The notes beneath the pieces are model-generated. The model was not told where the DNA came from and searched no databases. It was given only the letters and a program-made list of their open reading frames with translations. A program made the translations under genes and the position numbers. This document shows, piece by piece, positions 53,502 through 64,000 of a DNA stretch of 64,000 nucleotides (position 1 is the stretch's first letter; every line of letters starts with the position of its first letter). Source of the DNA: Octopus vulgaris (taxonomy: Eukaryota); NCBI GenBank assembly GCA_951406725.2, contig OX597831.1:47492001-47556000 (forward strand). The letters are read 5' to 3'.

Positions 53502-54633
53502 ATGAGGTGCTATCAAAAAGTTCCTGCACTAGTTCTGTAACATGCCAACAGATGGCACCATATGGTTACATGCACAGTGAGAGCTAGCAGTGACCTTCAT
53601 GAGGCAATGTGCTGAGTGAAATTTGTGTTTTTGGAATCACATGTATGCTGTAGTCTGCAATATTTGTCATGGACAGGAACTTGGAACAAAGAGCCAATGT
53701 GAAATTTTGCATTAAACTTGGGAAGTCTGCTACAGGGACATTGAATTGTTTTGGAAAGCTTACAGCGATGAAACAATGGGTTGTATGTGTGGCAAAAGCA
53801 CTTCAAAAGTGAAAGGATGTTCCTTGAAGATGATGAGCGACCTGGAAGACCTGCCATGAGCAACACCCCCAGTAATGTGGTATTGTGCATCAAGAATTCA
53901 TTCCCTAAGGTCAGACCAACAATCAAGAATTCTACTGAGATGTTTGGAAGCATTTGAAGGAGGACATTTGGCAAAAGCAACCAGATCTGTGGAGCACGAA
54001 GAATTAGATTCTTCATGACGACATGAATGCACCCTGTCACCGAGCTCTCCTCATTCATGAGTTTCTTGCCAAAAACATGGTATTGCCTCTACAGCCACCC
54101 TATTCACCAGGTCTACCACCTGTAGACTTTCATCTCTTCCCCAAGATGAAAATGCTGCTCAAAGATCGTTTTTTAACACCATTGTCGTGATCCAGAGTGA
54201 ATCACAGAAGGTATTAAACTTGCCTTAAGGCGGAGAGTTGGCAGAAACGTTAGCACGTCGGGCGAAATGCTTAGCAGTATTTCGTCTGCCATCACGTTGT
54301 GAGTTCAAATTCCGCTGAGGTCGACTTTACCTTTCATCCTTTCGGGGTTGATAAATTAAGTACCAGTTACACACTAGGATCGATGTAATCGACCTAATAC
54401 CTATGTCTGTCCTTGTTTGTCCCCTCTATGTTTAGCCCCTTGTGGGTAGTAAAGAAATAGGTATTAAACTTGCCTATGGCAAACAAATTCCAGGCTGGAT
54501 TCTGAAAGCGGTGAGACCAGTGTATTGCTGAGCAAGGTTGACTATTTCAAAAGCGATGATGCTAAAACTTAGGTAAATAAGTTATTTTTTATTAAACATA
54601 ACTATTCCTGGAACTTTATGATACCTTCTCATA
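53502..54633 (+). mobile_element. Internally deleted mariner with both TIRs
   Basis: Left ATGAGGTGCTATCAAAAAGTTCCTGCACTAGTT is matched by the reverse complement of 54600-54633. ATG 53669 MDRNLEQRANVKFCIKLGKSA; DDERPGRP; PPYSPGLPPVDFHLFPKMK (YSPDL-like). Confidence 0.88.
54226..54458 (+). mobile_element. SINE-A1 inserted in the mariner, 17-bp TSD
   Basis: TSD AGGTATTAAACTTGCCT at 54209-54225 and 54459-54475. Confidence 0.92.
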
Positions 54634-54989
54634 GAGTGTACAGAGTTTTTTGCCAAATGCTATGCTGGAATTTTTACAATTGAAAATCCTAATGTACTGT
54701 CTTCACTGCTACTAACACCAAATTCCAAAACATCTGCTGAATTTATTCCTGCAATGCAGAAACACTAACTCAAGCATATGTGCAAATATGCTTCCTCTGG
54801 CCTTATTGGTGTCTCTTATCTGTTTCTGAAATGCATCAGGTTCTTTCTACTGCACAAGCTTTCATTATTTTCCCAAATCTGACTTAATAACTGCTTTACT
54901 CCAAAACAGGTCAGATTATGACAAAGAGCTATGGTGCAAGATACAGCTTAATGTTGTCTTACACTTTTACTCTTTTACTCTTAATTGAC

Positions 54990-55420
54990 TGTCAATTATC
55001 TGGCACTTTCTATTCCCTTTATCTACTACTACTAAAACAGACCTTCTAGCTTCTATTTCTCTGTCATTCTGAATGTTAAAGTCCCACAACATCTATTTCT
55101 TACTTTCTAGTATATTACTAGATTCATGTTTATCCCATTTATCATATGGTCGAATCCTAGCTTTCTACATAACCCCCAATGGATTGCTCTCCCTAGATTG
55201 TCTTTTCTTGCAGTCTTTCTGTGTCAGCATGCTACATTCACTTGCTATATGAGTAACACTTTCCTCTTTTGCTTTGCATAACCTACATTGAGAATCTACT
55301 TGGCTTTTGCCTGTATTGGCTTTTGTCCAATTAGTTCTTAATGTTTGGTCTTGAGCTGCTATTAACAAACTTTCTGTCTCTCTTTTCAGCCTTACTTTCT
55401 GCAACCATATCCATGTCTCA
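54990..55420 (-). mobile_element. R4/Dong-like LINE fragment (CCHC knuckle into RLE domain)
   Basis: ETESLLIAAQDQTLRT, CRLCKAKEESVTHIASEC, WDFNIQNDREIEARR. Confidence 0.85.
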
Positions 55421-55467
55421 CTACTACTATTTGCTGCAACTATCTTTGGGAATCTACCAGTCAGATA

Positions 55468-55509
<42 letters not shown>

Positions 55510-55759
55510 GGTACTGCTACAGCTGCTGCTACTACTACTACCACCACCACCACCACCACCACCACCACCACCACTACCACTTCTTTGCTTTTAATCTGCA
55601 TGTTTGTTACAATCACGTGCGAGTGAAGGATGAGGGATGTTACAGTATGACTGAAAGCTTGGGGTGGGGAAGTTGCAGGGTAGAAGTGAAATATCTTCAT
55701 GTAATACAACACAAACATTTAAATTGATAGGTTTTTCCTTAAGATGTGAGCAGTACTTG

Positions 55760-55985
55760 TCAGCACAATCTTTTGGATTTCTCTGAGACATGGTTCTCCT
55801 GGGATGTTATCTAGATGTTTCTGATATCCCTTTTTTTTTTATCATTCCTAGGGCACCTACAATAATGGGAACAGTTCTCGCTTTAAGATGCCACATCTTT
55901 TGTATTTCAGTTTCCAGTTACTTAATTTGCCGAATTCCTTTACAGATATATTTTCACCAGTGAGAACATTTACATCTATTTGTCT
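55760..55985 (-). mobile_element. R4/Dong-like RLE C-terminal fragment
   Basis: ENISVKEFGKL...EIQKMWHLKARTVPIIVGALGM. Confidence 0.75.
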
Positions 55986-56015
55986 ACAAGTATTTCTTTC
56001 CTGTATTTAATAATG

Positions 56016-56069
<54 letters not shown>

Positions 56070-56080
56070 GTAATAATAAC

Positions 56081-56432
56081 GGCAGATGACAACGTGTCTC
56101 TAAAAGAAATGGAGAAACTCTCAAAATACAAAGACCTGGAAATAGAGATAACTAGAATGTGGAACCTGAAAACAGAAACAATTCCTATCATAGTAGGTGC
56201 ATTAGGCATGATAAAAAAATATTCAGACAAATACATAACAAAAACACCAGGACTTACAAACACATATAACATACAGAAAATTGCACTACTAGGCACTGCA
56301 CACATCCTACGCAGAACACTTTCCATACAATAACCATCAGAGCATCACAACAAATCACAGCACATACCCAAGGCACACAGAGCTGCGCTCGGTAGTGAAG
56401 TGAAAGCACGCTATAAAAATAAAAATACTGAA
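56081..56432 (+). mobile_element. R4/Dong-like LINE 3' end, open frame, embedded in (TAA)n
   Basis: KEMEKLSKYKDLEIEITRMWNLKTETIPIIVGALG...IQKIALLGTAHILRRTL*; (TAA)n on both sides. Confidence 0.88.
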
Positions 56433-57282
56433 TAGTAATAATAACAATAATAATAATAATAATAATGATGATGATAACGAAGATGATAATAACAATAGTA
56501 ATAATAATAATAATAACAACAACAACAACAACAATAATAATTATTTTTATTATGTATCTATGAAGACAAAGAGAAAAGAGAGAATTTTTTTATGTTAGTG
56601 CAAGAGTGAGTGTGTGTGTGAATGTATGCACGTGCAAAACTTCAAAAGATTTTGATCTTATTCTCCAGGTACAGGTTATGGTTAGGTTGAATATGTATTT
56701 ATTCAAAATTTTTTTTTTTTCAAATTCCTTGCAATATAGATCATACCATTATTCTCCTCAGTCAATATACCTGTTAACATAACGATGTTATCCTTTCATC
56801 TGACAGCTTTAGCTCATGTTCAAGCTCTGAAGCTGGTTTAAGAATAACAAAGAAAATGTAGAATTACATTCACTTTGCGAGGAAAAAAAATATCCACCTC
56901 AAGGGACCAGCTTATTGAAGATGGTGCTAGGTCAATAAGTTGTTTATGTGAATAGATATTTTGATATTTTGTACAGCATTTTGTACAGTTCTTCTTCTTC
57001 ATTAAGGTTATACCATCACCATTTTAGCATCCACTTCTCCATAATTGCAAGGGTTTGACGGAACTTGCTGAGACAGATTTTGTATGGCCAAATGCCCTTC
57101 TTGTCAGCAACCCTCACTTGTTTTCAATTATGATATCCCCCCCACTCCATGAATAGACATGTTTTCAAGGAAGACTGGCAAGGGACAACACTGGTTTACG
57201 ATGATGAGTCATTTACAGTTATCATGTGATGTCAAGACCAGAAGACACAAACACATATACATGTACATGCAGATAATCAGGT

Positions 57283-57552
57283 ACAGAACGTAGCGGCAGA
57301 CAAAATACCGCTAAGCACTTTGCCCAGTGTGCTAAAGTTTCTCATTTCTTTATTGCCCACAAGGGGCTAAACATAAAGGGAACAAACAAGGACAGACAAA
57401 CGGATTAAGTCGATTACATCGACCCCACTGCATAATTGGTTCTTATTTAATCGACCCCAAAAGTCAACCTCGGTGGAATTTGAACTCAGAGCGTATAGCA
57501 GATGCTAAGCATTTCGCCCAGTGTGCTAACCTTTCTGTGGGCTTGTCACCTC
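57283..57552 (-). mobile_element. SINE-A1 plus a truncated second unit (dimer remnant)
   Basis: Same tail-to-AGAAAC junction as at ~49975. Confidence 0.8.
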
Positions 57553-57677
57553 CTGGCTGAGTATATCAATAAGCCTGAAGCTAATCAAGAAACCAATATT
57601 GTATTAAACATAAGGCCCATAATATACTTTGGATCTACACAAGGAGCAGGTTCTGAGAGAAGTGAATAATAAATAAA

Positions 57678-58068
57678 TAGGCGTAGGAGTGGCTGTGTGG
57701 TAAGTAGCTTGCTTACGAATCACATAGTTCTGGGTTCAGTCCCACTGTATGGTACCTTGGGCAAGTGTCTTCTACTATAGCCTTGGGCCAAACAAAGCCT
57801 TGTGAGTGCATTTGGTAGACGGAAATATATATATATGTATGTATGTATGTGTGTGTATATGTTTGTGTGTCTGTGTTTGTCCCCCCCAACATCACTTGAC
57901 AACCGATGCTGGTGTGTTTCCGTCCCCATAAATTAGTGGTTCAGCAAAAGAGACCGATAGAATAAGTACTAGGCTTACAAGGAATAAGTCCCGGGGTCGA
58001 TTTGCTCGACTAAAAGGCGGTGCTCCAGCATGGCCCCAGTCGAATGACTGAAACAAGTAAAAGAGTAA
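57678..58068 (+). mobile_element. SINE-B
   Basis: Matches the family consensus. Confidence 0.9.
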
Positions 58069-58422
58069 ATAACAAATGGATATTGTGTCAATTTACTTCA
58101 GCTGTTTGTAACAAATGTTTGATTAATTAATGGAGACATTACATCATTAGAAAAAACTGTTTTATCAGATGATTACATGAACCACAACATTCAATGTGGT
58201 GAATCTTTATTTGCATACCTGTCAACCCAGGCTGCCTACCATGAAATATGAAATAATTCTTTTCAGCTTTTTGTACTTCGATAAGAAAAAAATCCACAAC
58301 CTTCCACCCCAATAAGCTACTATTGTTCCTGAAAGTTGTTTTTTATATTTTCTGTGGATTGCCTGAGGTTCACCTTCTTCCTACACCTCAATCCTTGAAT
58401 CTTACATTTATATATCTATATC

Positions 58423-58424
<2 letters not shown>

Positions 58425-58463
<39 letters not shown>

Positions 58464-58800
58464 AGTTTAACGTCTGCTTTCCATGCTGGCATGGGTTGGG
58501 CGGTTTGACTGAGGACTGGTGAGTCAGAGGCTGCATGAGGCTCAATCTGATCTGGCAAAGTTTCTACAGCTGGATGCCCTTCCTAATGCCAACCATTCCG
58601 AGAGTGTAACAAGTGCTTTTTATGCGCCACCGGCATGAGGGCCAGTCAGGCAGTTCTGGCAACAACCACACTCAAAAGGTGTTTTTATGTGCAACCTGCA
58701 CAGGAGCCAGTCTGGTGGTACTGGCAACAACCATGCTCGAATGTTGTTTTTCACGTACCACCAGCACATGTGCCTGTAAGGCAACGCTGGCAACAATCAC
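58425..58800 (-). mobile_element. Repeat H: retroelement 3' end with a (GAT)n tail (RTE-tail-like)
   Basis: Related copies at ~57020-57130, 62728-62885, 62885-63060 and 63198-63310. Confidence 0.7.
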
Positions 58801-58844
58801 GTGGTGATGCTCCATGTCCTACACTACCAATACACAAAGCGAAA

Positions 58845-59662
58845 TGACATGCAGGTAGGATATACTGGTCTAGGAGGAATTGCAATCCCTGAAGCAAAAT
58901 TGGTGTATGACCTGGGCATTGATGTATCTTTTCAAGTGCATATTACCAATTTGGTAATAAAATGCAGACAGCTAGCTGGATGGATCCTCTGAACTTTCAA
59001 AACAAGAGAAAAGGAGACATTGATGGTCCTTTGGAGGACATATATTCTCAGCCGCTTGGACTACTGCTCCCAACTATGGTCACCACACAATATAAAATTC
59101 ATGGCAGAATTCAAGACAATCTAATGAAGCTACACTAAAAAAATCATCTTGATGCAACATATCAGCTATTGGGAAAGACTGAAAGAATTAAAACTTTTCT
59201 CCTTAGAATGAAAGCAGGGAAAATATGCAGTGATACACATATGGAAAATCCTGGAAGGCCATGTACCAAACTTTGGCATTGAAAGTTACTCAACTGCAGA
59301 ATGGGATGCCACTGCATAGTGCCAAAGATTGCAGCATCACCATCAAAATACAGAACCAGACACTGCAACAGCTTGGGCTTCAAGGGCCTGCAGCTCTTCA
59401 ATATCCTTCTAAAATGCCTGAGAGACGTGCATGGTGTGGATATAAGTGTATTTAAGACAAAACTGGATCTCATCCTGTCAAGACTTCCAGATGAGCCTAC
59501 CTCACGGCAGGAAACACAGATGAGGGCAGCAGCATCAAACTTCCTCATTGACCAAATGTCACATATCAGAGGAGGTTTCAAATAATGGTGTAGCTCAGTC
59601 AACAGTGGTGCCCTAGCATGACCGCAGCTTTGAAGCTGAAACATTTTAAAGAATTAAAGAAA
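58845..59662 (+). mobile_element. CR1/L2-like LINE 3' portion, decayed
   Basis: DLGI, CRQLAGWIL*TFKTR, ILSRLDYCSQLWSP, SYWERLKELKLFSLE, GLQLFNIL, FKTKLDLIL..LPDEP; 3' UTR stem-loop. Confidence 0.85.
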
Positions 59663-59689
59663 ATATATATGCATATATATATATATATA

Positions 59690-60226
59690 TGGGCACTCAC
59701 TAAACGAATTGAAGGCATGGCTGCTCTTGATTATTGGGATCGCCTTAAAGCCTTGAAACTCTACTCTCTCCAGCGTCGCCATGAGCGGTACATCATTTGT
59801 ACTATGTGGAGAATATACCACCAACTTTGCCCAAACGACCTGAACATTAGCTTCAAGGTTCATCCAAGACTGGGACCACGGGCCATACATCCCCTGCCCA
59901 ATTCAAGATCACAGCATACATGTACACTGCAACATAATTTCTTTTCCTCAACAGGCCCTGCCCTATTTAACATTGTCCCGAAAGAGATCAAAGAGGAAAA
60001 GGATCCCATCAACTTTAAACGGAGTCTGGATAGATTCCTTCAAGGAATACCAGATAAGTCACCCATAATTGGATACAACTCACCCAACAAAAACTCACTA
60101 CTTGAATGGACCATAAACAAAACTTGACTTAAACAGGATTCAAATAATCCTATCAGGTGGTGCTATTAAGTTAGACATGGCCTGGACCAATCTTTGGTCG
60201 AAACATATCTAAGTTTATCTAAGTTT
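59690..60226 (+). mobile_element. CR1/L2-like LINE 3' end with an intact frame, inserted in (TA)n
   Basis: DYWDRLKALKLYSLQRRHER...GPALFNIVPKEIK...FKRSLDRFLQGIPD; tail (ATCTAAGTTT)x2. Same family as 5990-7070. Confidence 0.88.
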
Positions 60227-61129
60227 ATATATATATATTTCGTTTTTGGATTTGGTTTGCAAGATTCTTTATATGAGTTCTTGTGTTGAAGCATATTCTG
60301 TTGTGTCTGGGGAGAGTCATTTTCTTTTTGTGTCTTATAATTTAACACACTCACCTGTAAAATTTCCACTTATTTCTTATTTTTATTTTTCTAAAATTTG
60401 CGTTGCGTCTTGCAACCTTTTCAATAGTCTTGACTCTGTTCGTTATTTACACACACATATATATTATCATCCTCACCCTCTTCTTATGTATGTATGTATG
60501 TATGTATGTATGTATGTATGTATGTATGTATGTATGTACGTACGTATTTTGAACTTCCACTCAGTTTTCTATCTTCCAAATTTCTATCATGAGACACTGG
60601 CCTAACCAAACCTATGTATAACAGAAGAGAAATTTGTCATGATGCTAAGCAGGGGTATTAAACACAGAGGCCTGTAGTTGTACAGTGAATGTCTTTACCA
60701 CACAGGCAAGTCTTGTCTCACACCTGTTAGCAAACAGTATGGATCTAGCCTTACACTCAAAAGTGGACTTGAACCTCATCGAATGCTGATAGCATAGAAG
60801 TATGAAGTTGTGAACCGGTCGGGTGAGGAAGGTGAGTTACAAGAATTAATAAAGGAAATTGCATAAAAGTTGCTTCAGGGATAGTTGTGTGGCGGTGGTC
60901 GTGGTGGTGGTGGTGGGGAATGGGTTGCAACATTATACAACAGCCCAATCTGTTGATACAGGAAATCTGAGAAACAGGAAAGATGTGTGTATGTGTGTGT
61001 ATGTGGGGGTGAGAAAGTGAGAGGAGGAGGGAGAAAGAAAGAGAAAGAAAGTAAGGAAGAACAAAAGAAAGAAATGAATGCAATAGAGTCGCTGAGAAGT
61101 AGTGCTGATTTTGGGGTGATGGATACGGG

Positions 61130-61387
61130 GCTGGAAACTGGTATGGTAGAAGTGATGGGGATGGAAGTGGTGGTTGTGGTGGTGATGGTGACTACAACAA
61201 TAAGTGTAATGCTGATGACAGTAATCATTATGGTGATGATGATGATTGTGATGAGGATGATGATGGTGATGAGGATGATGATGGTGATGAGGATGATGAT
61301 GACTCTAGCAAGAGGGAAAATAATGAGAGTATAACAATAGTGATTATAACAAATATTAGCATTGGGGAAATAATGAGGAAAGTAGTA

Positions 61388-61420
<33 letters not shown>

Positions 61421-62485
61421 GTGCTGTCGATGACGATAACAACAGCAAGAATGGTGATGATGATGATGATAATGGCAATGATGATGATAACAATAATGAT
61501 GATGACCCCCCAATGACAATATTGATAATGATAATGATGATAATGGTAATAACAATATGAATAACAAGAAAAGAGAACTGTGAGGAGAGAAGGAGGTGGA
61601 TAAGTACAGTAAGAGGAAGGGTGAGGAGGAGGAGGTGGGGTAAAGAAGGAGGTGGGGAAGGGTAGTGGAGGGGAGAGTGGGGGAAGATAGTGGAGGAGGA
61701 GGGGCAGTGGAGGAGGATGGTAGTGGGGTAAGAGGAGGAGGACGAATAGTAGGCGTAGGAAGAGGAGGAGCAGGACGAATAATTGCGGAGGTGGTAGTGA
61801 TGGGAGAGGATTTTTAATCCAGATTATGTAAAGAAAAAAAAAGAAAAAAAAAGCATTAATTACAAACAAATAAATAAATACTCCACCCACACATCAAGAA
61901 AAAGAACACCATTACCCACCAAGGGACATTTTCCCACCCAAAACTCATTAAAATAATATCAATGAACATTTGAAGAAGTCCTTTAATATTCTACTTTAAT
62001 ATTTGCCATTATTGTAGTTTCAAGTGTTGTTATTGTTGTTCATGGTGATGTTGTTACTGTTTATTTTTTGTATTGTGTGTGTATGTTTGTGTATGTATGT
62101 ATCTATTTCTGTGTGCATATGTGATTCTGTGTGCATATAGGTATGTGTATGTGTGTACAAATGAGCATGGATACTCGTGTGTGTGTGTGTGTACATGTGT
62201 GTCTGCATATGTGCCTATGTGTACATATGCATGTGTTTATGAGTGCACCAATGCATGTATATGTGTACGTGTGTGGTTGTGTGAGTATGTGTGTGCCTGT
62301 TCATGTGTGTGCGTGTGTGTGTTTGTGAATGTGTATGATGTATATGTACGTTGTCTGTGTGTGTATTTGTGTCTTGATGCACATGTATGTATATATGTGC
62401 ATGTGTGTGAGTGCATGTATGTGTCGTGTGTGTGTGTGTGTATGCATGATACATGCATGTGTGTATCTATATGTGCATGTATGAA
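61130..62485. repeat. Low-complexity GAT/GGA tracts and a degenerate (TG)n region
   Basis: Seen directly. Confidence 0.85.
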
Positions 62486-63020
62486 GGCTTGTGGCTTAGT
62501 GATTAAAGTGTTCAGATCACAATCATAATGTCATGAGTTCAATACCCAAGCGGCACACTGTGTCCTTGAGCAAGACTCTTTATTTCACCCTACTCCAGTC
62601 TACTCAGCAGGCAAAAATGAGCAGTACCTGTATTTCAAAGAGCCCTTTTGTTACATTTTCTGTCGCACTTAAATCTCCCTGACAACTACATTAAGGGCAC
62701 ATGCATCTGTGGAGTGTTTAGCCACTTCATCATCATCATCATCATCATCATCATTTAACATCTGCTCTCCATCATGGCATCGGTTAGACAGTTTGACTGG
62801 AGCCGATGAGCTGGAGAGCTGCACCAGCTTTGGAATGGTTTCTACTGCTGGATGCTCTTCCTAATGCCACCTACACTCCTGGAGTGGTTAGCGTTAGGAT
62901 GGGCATCCAGCTGTAGAAACCATGCCAAATCTGACAGGAACTTGGTGTAGCTCTCCAGCTCATTAGCACCAGTCAATCCGTCTAACCCATGCCAATGCCA
63001 ACATGGATAACAGACGTTAA

Positions 63021-63052
<32 letters not shown>

Positions 63053-63197
63053 GATGATGATAATGAAATTACTGAGCATTCCACAGACCCATGTACCCTT
63101 AATGTAGTTCTTAGGGAGATTCAATGTGACAGAGAATTTGCACATTGATTTCACGAACAGGCTGTTCTGTTGAGCGAATCAACTGGAACCTTTATCA
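62486..63197 (+). mobile_element. D-head/C-body SINE interrupted by an inverted pair of repeat H
   Basis: Head 62486-62620, body to 62727, tail resumes ~63140. Confidence 0.7.
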
Positions 63198-63198
63198 C

Positions 63199-63256
<58 letters not shown>

Positions 63257-63496
63257 GTTTACCATCCACTTTCCATGCTAGCATGGGTTGGACGATTTGA
63301 CTGAGAACTGGCTTTAAGGGTATTACAAAAGGTCTGTTTGGAGGCCCAACCGTCCAAGTTCTTTTATAGGGCTTGGAAAAACTGAAGGACCATTGCAATA
63401 TGAGTGGGAATCTGAGAGGGGAATATCTTGAATAAAATCATAATTAGCTGATCCTCCTGTATTTTCTTTTGCCCAAACTTACAGCACCCCTCATAT

Positions 63497-63564
<68 letters not shown>

Positions 63565-63680
63565 TTAAAATTAAAATTAAAATGAGGGTGAAAAATTGAA
63601 TATTAATTTGATAACATCAATTTAACACCAATGGTCTAGCATATTAAAAACTGAGGGTTCAGTAAATTGTATTACATACA

Positions 63681-63938
63681 ATTAGAGGGATGACAACTAT
63701 GTGTACAACCCTAATGCTAGAAGTAGATCCGCTATGGTCTTACCACTAAGAAATGTTCTCTAGAAAATTTAGCAAATATTGTTTATGATTAAACTATATT
63801 TTTGTTACTTTCATTTGTCTTGCTCATTACGTTCTGGTGTTTGCTAAATTTTCTAGAGAATATTTCTTAGTGGTAAGACCATAGCGGAACTTCTTCTAGC
63901 ATTAGGGTTGTCCACATAGCGGTGGTCATCCCTCTAAT
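63681..63938. repeat. Fold-back element, ~98 bp inverted arms
   Basis: 63681-63778 versus 63838-63938. Confidence 0.85.
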
Positions 63939-64000
63939 ATGTATGGTGGGGGGAGGGGGTACTGAAAAGTTCTTGGCTTTAAGGGTATCGTGAAAGGCCT

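Noticed and set aside
59618-60127. 169-aa ORF as a host gene
   Set aside because: It is a LINE ORF2 C-terminus; the N-terminal part reads through another element's tail and (TA)n.
60875-62528. His-, Pro- or Cys/Val-rich ORFs
   Set aside because: Microsatellite and low-complexity translations.

Overview
AT-rich eukaryotic DNA dense in microsatellites. I recognise no host protein-coding gene; a few candidate small minus-strand exons lie near 21.8-30.6 kb. The repeat types suggest a coleoid cephalopod, probably Octopus (inference). The window is a mosaic of decayed transposable elements. These include four tRNA-headed SINE types (here A-D) in dozens of copies, LINE fragments (CR1/L2-like, RTE, Tx1/L1, R4/Dong), Penelope-like (GIY-YIG) remnants, hAT and mariner pseudogenes, MITEs, a Helentron-type element and a possible solo LTR. 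Nearly all long ORFs in the track are microsatellite translations. Main observations: (1) at least eight minimal type-I hammerhead ribozyme motifs of several unrelated sequence types, three with a complete catalytic core, often in fold-back elements inside (TA)n; (2) the SINE-B tail shares a covarying stem-loop with local CR1/L2-like LINE 3' ends; (3) SINE-A forms dimers and multimers that move as a unit, and it repeatedly abuts GGTATT at its 3' junction; (4) SINE heads and bodies are shuffled as modules; (5) a minisatellite derives from a SINE tail. All family names are assigned by eye and need database confirmation.
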